From the human T2T-CHM13v2.0 reference genome, Homo sapiens, in NCBI RefSeq assembly GCF_009914755.1, contig NC_060937.1: DNA of 64,000 nucleotides. One strand, 5' to 3'. Shown piece by piece: positions 50,879-63,209 of the stretch. Every line of letters begins with the position of its first letter. Position 1 is the stretch's first letter. The translations under genes and the position numbers were made by a program. The notes under the pieces were generated by a model, which had not been told where the DNA came from, ran no database searches, and saw nothing but the letters and a program-made list of their open reading frames with translations.

Positions 50879-52620
50879 TTCCACATGGCCCAAATTTGTC
50901 ACAGTCAAACTGAGCTCACTTTTCTGTTTGATCTTCTCTCATGTTCTTGTCTGGAGAGGTGGCCTCGCTGTCTGTCCAGTGACCCATAGCAAAGATAAGG
51001 CAGCTCCCTGGACTCTCCATTCTTTCTCCCATCCCTTGCAACAGGTGGGTTGCCAGATCCTGTAACTGACCCATCAGATCCAGCAGCCACTGTCTTATCT
51101 CGGTCCCTTCCTCTGGCTGGAATGACAGTTTGCAGGCCAGCCCTCTCCCCCAGTGCCCTCCCGTGTGCTTCCCTTAAAGCTGTGCAGTGCTTTCAAGCAC
51201 GGCCTACATGTGAAATCCAGGTTTCAAGTGTGTCCTACAATGACCTGCGTGATTTAGCCCTTTTCTGCTTATCTTGCCCCATTTGCTTGACTTGCAGGCA
51301 TGAAGCTGTGGTCCAGCTGTGCTAACTAACCAGCCCCTTCTCCAAGTGTGCCGGGGTCTCTCACGCCCACTTGGGTCTTGTCAGGACTCTTCCTGGCCTG
51401 TCCTCCTATCCCATACCCGGTTGGGTTAGATGCCTGTGTCAGGTTTAGAGTGAAGAATGGCAGGAACCCCAGCACAAGAGATGCTTAAACAAGATGGGCT
51501 CTTTGTCTTGTGCGACTGAAATACAGAAATACAGAGGCAGGAGCTCTGGAGCCTCTTCTGACTGGTCTCTGCCATCCTCATCTTGGGCTTTAACCTCACT
51601 GTGATGCCTGTTTGGGCCCATCTGTCACATAAGCATGCCACTGGCAGGAAGGAGGAAAGGGCATAAGAGGCATGCCCCCTTATTTAGAGACTTTGTGGGG
51701 GTTGAGCAGGATGGGCTGGACTCAGCCATGAGCCGCCCTAATTGCAGGGGAGGCCGGAGAGTGCGCTTTCTGTCGGCCACCTGCCCAGCTAACACTCAGC
51801 ATTCTGTCCCTGCAGTTAGGGGGGCTTCTAGGGTCTCTGCCACAGCGCCCCTCCCATTTGTGGGCCTCTGTGCTGTGCCTCCCATGGTCACTGCTGGCTT
51901 GTTTGTCTCTGCTTGGCCCTAGGAATGGGACAGTGCCTGCCTCAGGGTTATCAGTGAGTGATGGCTAAGATTGAGCCTGGGAAAGGAAGTCCTGCTTCAT
52001 CCCTCAAGCTTACGAAGGCTCATCACAAGAGGCACAAATTTTCTTTTGGGAAAAAAAAAAAAAAAAAAGGAAAAGGCTTTGCAGAGGATTTAGATCATTC
52101 AAAGCCAAGATGCCAAGATAAGGGGAACCAGAATGGCTTGGTAAGCCAGAGAACATAATGGTTATGGTTCTGCTCTAAGTATCTGTTTTACCTCTAATGA
52201 TAAGCCAAGACAAGTTTTATGGAGGCCTTTCTGGAAATCCAGTTCATAATGACATCTCAAGCAGCATTAAGGTTGTCAGATTCTAAGCTGAGAATAATTT
52301 GTCTTAAGCATGATTTAGGCCTAGTGTAGGCTTTTGGGACTAGTGTATTTCACCTTCCCATCTGCCCAGTGTGTATAAAAGATGACTGATGTAGTGTGTA
52401 TAATTTCAGAAGCCTAATATGAAAAAGCATTTTGTTACATGATAGTCATCAGGTTGAGAGTCTATGTGGTATGGCTTAACACTCTGGAATTCGCTAAGAC
52501 TATTTTATAGTATTACTATTCTTTGGAAGAATTAGCTTCTATAAAGTAGGAAGATATATGTGTCTTAAAACTTCTTCTCCCTTGGTTTATTAATATTTTG
52601 GTTTATATAACTTCTTACAG

Positions 52621-52717
52621 TTGTGCAGCCAATGGCTGTGATCAAAAATTCAACACAAAATCAAACTTGAAGAAACATTTTGAACGCAAACATGAAAATC
52701 AACAAAAACAATATATA
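52621..52717 (+). CDS. GTF3A: TFIIIA exon 3
   Basis: [10 protein letters not shown]...[14 protein letters not shown]; AG/GT boundaries. Confidence 0.97.
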
Positions 52718-53283
52718 GTAAGTATGATTTTATATGCTTAAATTTTTTGAGTATTTTTACACTTACTGCCTATGTTTCTGACATTTTCAGCCAGGTGCGG
52801 TGGCTCAAGCCTATAATCGTAGCTTGAGGCCAGGAATTTGAGACCAGCCTGGGAAACATAGTGAAATGCTGTCTCTGAAAAAAAAAAACAAAAACAGAAA
52901 ACAAAACAAAAAATTTTGGGGTAACAGAGACCCTGTCTCTAAAAAATAAAAGTGAAAAATAAAGTTTTCGTCAACCAAATTTTGTCTGCCAAATGTCTGA
53001 ATTTACTTAATGCCATCATAATGATAAAGGTTTTAATTTGGAAGCAGACATTGTGCAAATTAGTGTATTGGGAGACTATTCCAACTGAAACAGTTTTGCT
53101 TTTTCAAATGTTATATGATTCTTCAAACCTTTTTGAGATAAAGCAGAATTTTACAGTAACAAAATGGGTGAAAGCAGAAATTTTATACAGTCTCCAAAAT
53201 TGTTTTATCTTGAGGATTCTGTTACGAACTGTTCATTTTGTTTTGACTTTCCATAAGACTAACGAGCCTTTACAATTTAACAG

Positions 53284-53372
53284 TGCAGTTTTGAAGACTG
53301 TAAGAAGACCTTTAAGAAACATCAGCAGCTGAAAATCCATCAGTGCCAGCATACCAATGAACCTCTATTCAA
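53284..53372 (+). CDS. GTF3A: TFIIIA exon 4
   Basis: [10 protein letters not shown]...[11 protein letters not shown]. Confidence 0.96.
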
Positions 53373-53440
53373 GTAGGTACTTCATGTGGCTGAAAATGCC
53401 TGGATTCTAGGTGTGAATAAGATTGGAAATGCAAGGGTGG

Positions 53441-54535
53441 TGTTGAGCATTGTTTCATGTTTTTTGGCCATTTGTATATCTTCTGAGAAATGTCTGTTCA
53501 TATCCTTTGCCCACTTTTCGATGGATTGTTTTTTTCTTGCTGATCTGAGTTCCCTGTAGATCCTGGATATACATTCTTTATTGGATGCATAATGTGCCAG
53601 TATTTTCTCCCACTCTCTGGGTTGTCTGTTTACTCTGCTGATTATTTCTTTTGCTGTGCAGAAGCTTTTTAGTTTAATTAGGTCCCATTTATTTATTTCT
53701 ATTTTTGTTGCATTTGCTTTCAGGGCCTTAGTAAGAATTCTTTGCCTAGGCTGATGTCCAGAAGTTTTTCCAATGTTTTCATTTTGAATTTTTAGTTTCA
53801 GGTCATAAACTTAATTTGAGTTGATTTTTGTATAAGGTGAGAGATAGGGATCCAGTTTTTCCAGCACCATTTATTGAATAGGGAGTCCTTTCCCCAGTTT
53901 ACGTTTTTATATGCTTTGTTGAAGATCGGGTGGCTGTAAGTATTTGGCTTTATTTCTGTTTTGTTCCATTGGTCTAAGTGCCTATTTTTAAACCAGTGCC
54001 ACCCTGTTTTGGTAACTGTAGCCTCGTAGTATAATCTGAAGTCTGGTCAAAGGAAAAGAAGTCACTATATGAAAAAGACACATGCACACACGTTTACAGC
54101 AGCACAGTTCACAATTGCAAATACATGGAGCCAATTTAAGTGCCCATCGACCAATGAGTAGATAAAGAAAACGTGATGTATATACACCATGGAATACTAC
54201 ACAGCCATAAAAGGGAACAAAATGATGTCTTTTGCAGCAGCTTGGATGGAGCTGGAGGCCATTATTCTCAGTGAAGTAACTCAGGAATGGAAAACCAAAT
54301 ACCATAGTTTTCACTAAGTGGGCACTAAACTATGAGGACAAAAAGACACAGTGATTTCATAAACTTTGGGGACTTGGGGTGGGGAGTTTGGGGAGGGGGG
54401 TGAGGGATGAAAGACTACATATTGGGTACAGTGTATGCTGCTTGAGTGATGGTGCGCTAAAATCTCAGCACCACTATAGGATTCATCCACGTAACGAAAA
54501 AACACTTGCAACCCCAAAAGCCATTGAAATTTAAA
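53441..54535. mobile_element. 5'-inverted (twin-primed) L1: antisense 53441-~54047, sense ~54048-54535
   Basis: Antisense ORF2 joined to sense ORF2 end/3'UTR; degenerate TSD aaa(t)gcaa(g/c)ggtgg. Confidence 0.8.
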
Positions 54536-55480
54536 GCAACGGTGGGACAAATCTTCTGAAAGCTTCCTAATCAACATTTTTCTGTTAAAATGTACTGCAT
54601 ATGCACATTTATATATTGGGAGCATTTTAAAGGTTTACTTTGCTCTGAAAGAAATATTTAATGTGTTTCAAAATAATTTTGAGATTATTCTAGTTGTGGT
54701 TAAGCTTAAAGGCTGAGAAATTACTTAACTATTCAAATAGAGCCTGTGCAACTATATGAAATGTCATTATGGAGACACTCATTATGCTTTTCCTGTAGAA
54801 CAAAACAAGTAGTTGGGTTTATCTGCAATTAGGGTTTTTTGAGGAACGTGAGGGTGGCTGGACAAGTTGGGTAGACCTGCAAAAGGGCCAGCGGCTCTCT
54901 GCATGGCTCTGGCCATCCGGCACTTTCCCTTGACTTGCACAGGCTGCCCTGTGCCTTGGAGTTGCTGCAGTGACCTTGCCTGTCCTTGCTTGTGGGTCTG
55001 CTGCTGCTGCTTTGCTGCTGATGGCTTTAGCACAGAGGGGGCCCGTGCTTTTTATTGCTCACCAGAGGCAGATGCATCTACTGCTGTGCTGTCTCGCACA
55101 CCCCCTATGCAGCATCATTAGGAAAGCTAGACACAAGTGATTCAGAATGGCTTAGGGGTTTATCTAAGCCAAGTCAGATAACCTCTTGAACTATCTTTTT
55201 GTAGCCATGAAAGCAGAGTATATTTCCAGAGGTATAAAGATGAAAACTGTTTAAATGGGTCAAAAAAAGTAACGTGACTTTTTTCTCCAACAGTTTGTTT
55301 TGTCCTAAAGCTGGTCAAGTAACTTGAATCTCACCTGTGATGAGAGCTACATTTTAACATGGGTTTGGTTATGGGAAGAGGCAAGACTTTGGTGGGAGAA
55401 ACAGGACAAAGTGCCATTGACCTTGAGCGGAGTTCTCTGTGAAAATGGATTGGCTAATACCTCATGTGTTGCCAATGCAG

Positions 55481-55554
55481 GTGTACCCAGGAAGGATGTG
55501 GGAAACACTTTGCATCACCCAGCAAGCTGAAACGACATGCCAAGGCCCACGAGG
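55481..55554 (+). CDS. GTF3A: TFIIIA exon 5
   Basis: [10 protein letters not shown]...HAKAHE; donor G|GTGTGT. Confidence 0.96.
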
Positions 55555-55618
55555 GTGTGTACGGATAGCCTGGGTGTGCTCCGAGGGGGATGCCAAATCC
55601 TGGGCGCCTTTGAATCTG

Positions 55619-55651
55619 TTCTGTGATCACGCTGAAAAGATGGGAACCCTG
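55619..55651 (+). repeat. Intron 5 duplicated motif, copy 1
   Basis: TTCTGTGATCACGCTGAAAAGATGGGAACCCTG; 30/33 identical to 56625-56657. Confidence 0.9.
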
Positions 55652-56603
55652 TGAACAGGGGACACCATCCTGCTTATTTGGGTCTTACACTCTTGTCCAA
55701 AGAGGCACTGTATATGTCTGTTTTTCCACTACCGTATCATTGCTGTTCACATGTAATGTGTTGTTTGTTCACAACAAGCGCCTGGTTACACATTACACTG
55801 ACGAATGTGCTGATGCTCCAGCCATGGCTTTGATGCTTCTGTCATTTTTAACCTCTTCTATTAATATTTACTGCCTGTGCCATTCTTTTCCTTGTTGGCC
55901 ATTCACAAGGCTTGGATAATCGTGTGACATTTTGAGAGCCATCAGATGTTACGTTTCTCAAAAAAAAAAAAAAAAGACTTGATTATATTAACTATTTGAA
56001 TCTATGATCTGTTTCCTTGAGGGATTTTTGCTAATCTGTATTTCAATTTCCCAGGTCCTAGAATTTATGATTTTTTTTTTTTTAAGAGGTTAGTAGCTAA
56101 CAGTGAGAGGCAGCCTCATTGTTTTTAGTTTCTAGTTGGGTGGAACTCAGCCCTAGTGTTGTATACTTATTAATCCCATTTTAGTGCTTTGCACATATCC
56201 ATTGTTATTCAGTGTTTTTCTCTGGGTCCTTCCAGTTTATTTTCTTCCTTAGCTGTACTCTTTTAAAAAAAAAAAACAAAAAAAAACTTTTTTGTTTTTT
56301 TTTTTTGTGATAAAGTTAAAATATAATGTACCCTACTTTTTTTGTGCAGTATGACACTTACAAGATGGCCAGACTAGAGGAAGCCAGAGGTGGGCATGGT
56401 AACACTACTGAAAAGTTGGTGGTGTGCCATGGACAAGGGACCGACTGCAGAGTATGTTTGCTGAGGAAAATAGAGGCGAGGATAGAGCAGGCAGGGGAAG
56501 GGAAATAAGACATGGAGATAGGAGGTTAAAGCAGTTGGGAGTCCATACACAGCCTACCCAACTTCCTGAGAACTCTTAGAGAGGAAAAGGCATCCTTAGG
56601 CAT

Positions 56604-56677
56604 CCTTCCTGTGAAGTTTGCCTATTCCGTGATCACGCTGAGAAGATGGGAACTCTGAAGTTTGCTTCACAGGAAGG
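56604..56677 (+). other. Intron 5 hairpin (13-bp perfect stem) enclosing motif copy 2 and overlapping a cryptic donor
   Basis: CCTTCCTGTGAAG (56604-56616) / CTTCACAGGAAGG (56665-56677); AAG|GTAAAA at 56676/56677. Confidence 0.75.
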
Positions 56678-56891
56678 TAAAATCCTTAAAGGGAGGCACC
56701 TTGCTGTGCCACTGTTCAGTTTTACTATAACATCAATCTTTTTTTAGTTTTTATTCCCACCTCAAGAGGCTGAGTTGAATACTATTAGGCGGGGAATGGA
56801 AAATTATATAGGCACCTAAGTTTCCTTTCTAGTTATGGTCAGTGTTTACACTGAGTATTCATGACAGACAATGCACCAATTTTTTTAATAG

Positions 56892-56972
56892 GCTATGTAT
56901 GTCAAAAAGGATGTTCCTTTGTGGCAAAAACATGGACGGAACTTCTGAAACATGTGAGAGAAACCCATAAAG
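56892..56972 (+). CDS. GTF3A: TFIIIA exon 6 (finger 6, 81 nt, phase 1-1)
   Basis: [26 protein letters not shown]. Confidence 0.97.
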
Positions 56973-57557
56973 GTAAGGCAGGCATGAATGGCAGGCATGG
57001 TGTAAATGTTTGTCCCCACAGAACTGATTTAGTGCTTTTCAAGAGTGAAATGCTGTGTGCTTTAAAGTAAAAGGGTTTCTCTATGATATTTTGTGAAGTG
57101 CTGGGTATGATGTTGTTGGAAAGGTGAGCAGAGCTGTGCCAGGTCTCTGAGCCACCCCACCATGCACAATTAGCATGCTGAAGGCGGTGGCAGGTCTGTA
57201 GTGAAGAATTTCGGGAGGCACTGCTGTTCTGTGGGACCGCCTGGGAAACAGTACCCTGCATACTGGGGGACAAGGAAGGACACTGGTCTGCTTCATTTTC
57301 TGTACCTCCCCACAGTCACCTTCCTGAGAGCCCTGCCTCTTGGCAAGTGAACAATGACTGTGTGGCATTTAAGAACTTCAGAGAATTGAGACAAACTTCC
57401 TAGGTGATAAAAACTGGGGTTGTTTCCTTGGGAATTTCTGATTTGTATATAGTGATCAGGTTTCAGGCACTGAATGTTACTTATATATTAGGTATTAATT
57501 TTTTCTAAATGGTAATATCTGGGGAAATTTGTGAAATTTGTCTGTCTGTCCCACCAG

Positions 57558-57787
57558 AGGAAATACTATGTGAAGTATGCCGGAAAACATTTAAACGCAA
57601 AGATTACCTTAAGCAACACATGAAAACTCATGCCCCAGAAAGGGATCTATGTCGCTGTCCAAGAGAAGGCTGTGGAAGAACCTATACAACTGTGTTTAAT
57701 CTCCAAAGCCATATCCTCTCCTTCCATGAGGAAAGCCGCCCTTTTGTGTGTGAACATGCTGGCTGTGGCAAAACATTTGCAATGAAA
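57558..57787 (+). CDS. GTF3A: TFIIIA exon 7
   Basis: [11 protein letters not shown]...[13 protein letters not shown]. Confidence 0.97.
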
Positions 57788-57885
57788 GTAAGCACTCACC
57801 CTCATACTCATGGTCCTATAGTCTATGCTTTCACAACATGGTTTTCATATTAATATTTCATTAATAACTTTCTCTTTCATTGTAG

Positions 57886-57945
57886 CAAAGTCTCACTAGG
57901 CATGCTGTTGTACATGATCCTGACAAGAAGAAAATGAAGCTCAAA
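57886..57945 (+). CDS. GTF3A: TFIIIA exon 8
   Basis: QSLTRHAVVHDPDKKKMKLK. Confidence 0.96.
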
Positions 57946-58185
57946 GTAAGTTGAAACTACTTAGGCAAGCTTAGTTTTCAAGTGGAAATTGTTTAAGGCC
58001 AGAAGGAGTCTGTTTGGAATTCTTTTCACCTGCTTTACTGTTTGAGTCTGCACTACTGTTGAAGACTTTACTTCCTCATAAAGCAATGTTGTACACTATA
58101 TCTGCTGGTACATATGACTATCGTAAAATTAACTCAGACAGTTTTGATTTTGAATTCTAATCGTGTGTCTTCCTTATTCCCAAAG

Positions 58186-58350
58186 GTCAAAAAATCTCGT
58201 GAAAAACGGAGTTTGGCCTCTCATCTCAGTGGATATATCCCTCCCAAAAGGAAACAAGGGCAAGGCTTATCTTTGTGTCAAAACGGAGAGTCACCCAACT
58301 GTGTGGAAGACAAGATGCTCTCGACAGTTGCAGTACTTACCCTTGGCTAA
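58186..58350 (+). CDS. GTF3A: TFIIIA exon 9 (stop TAA)
   Basis: [17 protein letters not shown]...VAVLTLG*; exons sum to 1098 nt. Confidence 0.97.
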
Positions 58351-58417
58351 GAACTGCACTGCTTTGTTTAAAGGACTGCAGACCAAGGAGCGAGCTTTCT
58401 CTCAGAGCATGCTTTTC

Positions 58418-58426
58418 TTTATTAAA
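58418..58426. terminator. Overlapping poly(A) signals: ATTAAA (+, 58421-58426) and AATAAA (-, 58423-58418)
   Basis: TTTATTAAA between the two convergent stop codons. Confidence 0.8.
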
Positions 58427-58427
58427 A

Positions 58428-58646
58428 TTACTGATGCAGAACATTTGATTCCTTATCATTTCCATGGTCTTTGTTCAAAGTGTCTCTTTCCTGGGTCTCT
58501 TGAGTTTCTTTATATGCCTTCTCCTCATTTTTGCTCAAAGCACGAAGAACACACATTAAAGCTTTTCCTCCTTGAACAGCTTGTGGCCTAGATGAGAATG
58601 TAGCTATTCCAGGCATAGTCTGGAGTATTTGATGAAATATCTCCTC
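58428..58646 (-). CDS. MTIF3: Mitochondrial IF3, last coding exon
   Basis: [36 protein letters not shown]...NVLHQ*. Confidence 0.96.
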
Positions 58647-59349
58647 CTAAAAAAGGGAAACAGCCAAAGATTAATTTAAAATCAGAGGCTTTGGTGCTTT
58701 CTAATGTTCTGCTTGAACATTCACAAAAACTGGCACCCTTGAATTGCTGCTGTCGGTTAAGTGATTAGCTAATCAGTTCATACGTATCTGGTTAAGTTGA
58801 CTGAAATCTGTACAATAACACCATGTAACTAAACTGACATGCTGAATGCTTCCTAATTTTAAATCTCCACTTCGTCATGGCACGAAGAGGCTACGTTTGG
58901 CTCAGCATTACCCTCTCCCACAAACAGAAAGCACTGGGTTTGGGCATTGGCAAAATACCTCCTCATCCCCAAGGTGTCAGCCGAGCAGTTCTCAGCACTC
59001 TCTATTGCCCCTAACAGAGTCTCTCTCAGTGACTGAAACAAATGGATACCTGGGCTCAAGAAATTCTGCATCAGCTGGGTTGCGACCTATGCTTAAGTGA
59101 CTCTACTGTGGAGCTGGATTACTAAGGATACCCTTAGTGGATGATAAAGTTATCTAACTTTTAAAAAAAAAAAGCAAAATAGGTATTCCATAAACTTATG
59201 GGATTGGAAACTACACACTTTCTAGAAGACAGTCTACGTAATTAATGCCCCTATAAGTACAAAGAAGAAACAAAAAATCTATAAAGTTTCTAATTTTCCT
59301 GTTTAAGGGTTATTCTACAATTTATAAAACAATAGTATATTGCTTTTAA

Positions 59350-59816
<467 letters not shown>

Positions 59817-59868
59817 TTAGATCAGAAGACCCAAAGCACAAGCAGTGGCTTGTACCTTCTTTACTTAC

Positions 59869-60026
59869 CATTTCATTTTCTGACACGTCTACATTTTTTC
59901 CTTTCTTTATGGTAATCTGGACTAGGTGTTTTTTCTTAATCCACTGCTGAATCTGTTTAGTCTTTGTGTCCAAATCATGTTGTCCAATATTTGAAGACAA
60001 AATCAGTTCCTTTCTCAGGGTTGGTC
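59869..60026 (-). CDS. MTIF3: Mitochondrial IF3, middle coding exon
   Basis: [29 protein letters not shown]...SENEM; cag|GA and ATG|GTAAGT. Confidence 0.96.
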
Positions 60027-60958
60027 CTGGTTTGAAACAGATAGGGTGCAAGGACTACTGACTAGTCCACTGTGAACCCTGAACTTCCCAACATGCCCAT
60101 CATAAAATCCTAGGTTGCCACCTGACAATCTTCTCATCTGGCTTTCAGTTTCACAGACCAGTAAATGTCTTTTCAAATGGGGAAGATACACATAAAGGTA
60201 CCAATTTTTTACCTGCCCTGGAAGGGTACTTAAAATCTGAAATGCTTCCATTTATTGTTAACCATCGTTTGTTGAAAGAACACCAAAAGATAGTCGTTTA
60301 AAGGATCAAGTTTGGCTTCATGGTGCACTTAACATCCTTATCTATCAGCTGTGGGTTGGCATCTGGGAGTGCACTACCCACTCCTTTTGAGATGCTCTCC
60401 TTGCTATAAGGGGTCAGCCAGACTGTTGGACAGGTAAGGGTCCCTACATCCTGTGTTCATGCCCTCTGTCTCCAGAAATCCTGCCTACTGGAAAATTATA
60501 GAGAAGGAACCGGCCACTCAATAAAGGTGTTGGGACAATTGAGAAGTTTATAGATGACAAAAAGTTAGGTCTCCCCAGGTATACTAATGTTCTACAGGTG
60601 AAAAATACAACTTTAAAACAAACAGAAGAAAAGACAGAATGGTTTGTGATCTCAGGATAGGGGATGGAACTCATTAAGAAAAAAAGGCAAAATGAAAAAT
60701 CTAACTGGGATACGGTTTTTTCCATCATACACAACAGAGAACCCTATAAATCGGAGAAAAACCATCTACGTAGAAAAATAAAGGAATATAAACACGCAAT
60801 TCACAGAAGAAAAAAGTGAAATACACATTAATTTCTCACCATTAAAATGACAAATGAGGGAGGAGGTAGAGAAACTGCATACACTGCTGCTGAGCAGTTT
60901 GATCCATTTAGGTTCATAGACCCTAGAGTATGCACCAGGGTTCATCATAAAGATTGGG

Positions 60959-61556
<598 letters not shown>

Positions 61557-61973
61557 ACCTTTTTTTTTTTAAGTGACATAGTTTGACGTCATTATCCTCC
61601 CTGGTTGGTCTCTTCTGAATATTGTTTTCCAGTCAACATCCTTGTTAAATGTGGCATTACAAAACTGAGCCGCAGATAACATGTGGTTTTCTGAAGGCAC
61701 ACAACCTCACGATGCAGTGCTGGGAGCAGTCATCTGATGCCTGTCCCCGTGCGCCATCCATTGAACTTTCATAATGATTGGCACTTTTTAGGAACTATGA
61801 AAAACAAACATCTTTGCTTAATATCCAATTCCTGACTTCTGTGAGGCTTAAATGACAAGTGCCTCGTCAAGTGACTGGTTGTATATCTAAGAGTGTTGCT
61901 ACTGATATTGCAACACAATGCTTTGGCATGGGAGATGCTCTGTGAATCACTTCAGAGTCGAAAAGGTGCTTCC

Positions 61974-62342
<369 letters not shown>

Positions 62343-62749
62343 TTAAATGAGTGGCCCGGCAGAGGGCAGGGAACTTGAATGTACCCCTCCTAATCTCACT
62401 CTGTTTCACCCCATCGGCTACTCAGCTTGCTGCGGCATTGGGAGAAGGCCACAGGACAGGGGAAAGAGTTCTCTTCACTTTGGTTTGTTTGCCTGGTTTC
62501 TCCCACATTTTACACAGGTTTAAAGGGAAGAGATAATGGGCAGGGTATTGTGGAAAAACAGTGAAAAAAAGGGAACAGGAGTAAGTGCAGGATAAAGGAG
62601 GAAAGACAGACACTGGGAATGGTGGTTGAATCATGAATTTTCTAGTTTCTCATTTCCCTCTTGTCACAGGCACCTTGACAAATGCTAGAATTTAAACTGC
62701 TGATTTGTAGCTCTTAAAGGATTCAGGGAGCCAACAGCAAAATACCTAC

Positions 62750-63209
62750 CAGTTTTGGGGTTCGCCTTCTCCATCTCCCTCAGCCTCTGCCGCTCCTGGA
62801 GGATCTGCAATCCTGTCATGAGCTGATACTCTGCAGGTTCTGTGCTGGTGTTCCTTTGAACCAGTCGCAGGTCTCGCTCATCCATAAGTCTAATCACATT
62901 TGCTCGGTGCATGTTTCCCAAATCATTGCCCTTCTCATCAAATAAGTGAATAACTCGCTGACTAATTTTTCTTCCAACGTTACTAAAAGCTGTTTTATTC
63001 TTTTTTGTCTTTTTTCCTTCATTCTGGGTGTCTTCAGCGGTACTAAAGGCTTTTGCATGAATTAGGAAGGAGAGTCTTGGGGCAGAAGCAATAGGGGACA
63101 ACTGTGCTGGTGCTGTCTTTTGCAGGATGTGTTTACCAAAACATCTAATGCAACTATTTTCAGACTTTACAGTTTGTAGTGTTAACCTCTTTAGAAAAAG
63201 AGCAGCCAT
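62750..63209 (-). CDS. MTIF3: Mitochondrial IF3, first coding exon (targeting peptide and N-domain)
   Basis: [12 protein letters not shown]...EKANPKT; 460+158+219 nt = 278 aa plus stop. Confidence 0.96.

Noticed and set aside
55584-56610. Long-range pairing GGGGGATGCC (~55585) with GGCATCCTTC (~56599)
   Set aside because: Only 10 bp with two GU pairs over 1 kb; expected by chance and competes with the 13-bp stem
56604-56735. Intron 5 hairpin as an H/ACA or C/D snoRNA (UGAG, GTGATCA...CTGA, downstream ACA)
   Set aside because: No ANANNA H box after the hairpin and C-D spacing is only about 30 nt; kept as a cis-element hypothesis instead
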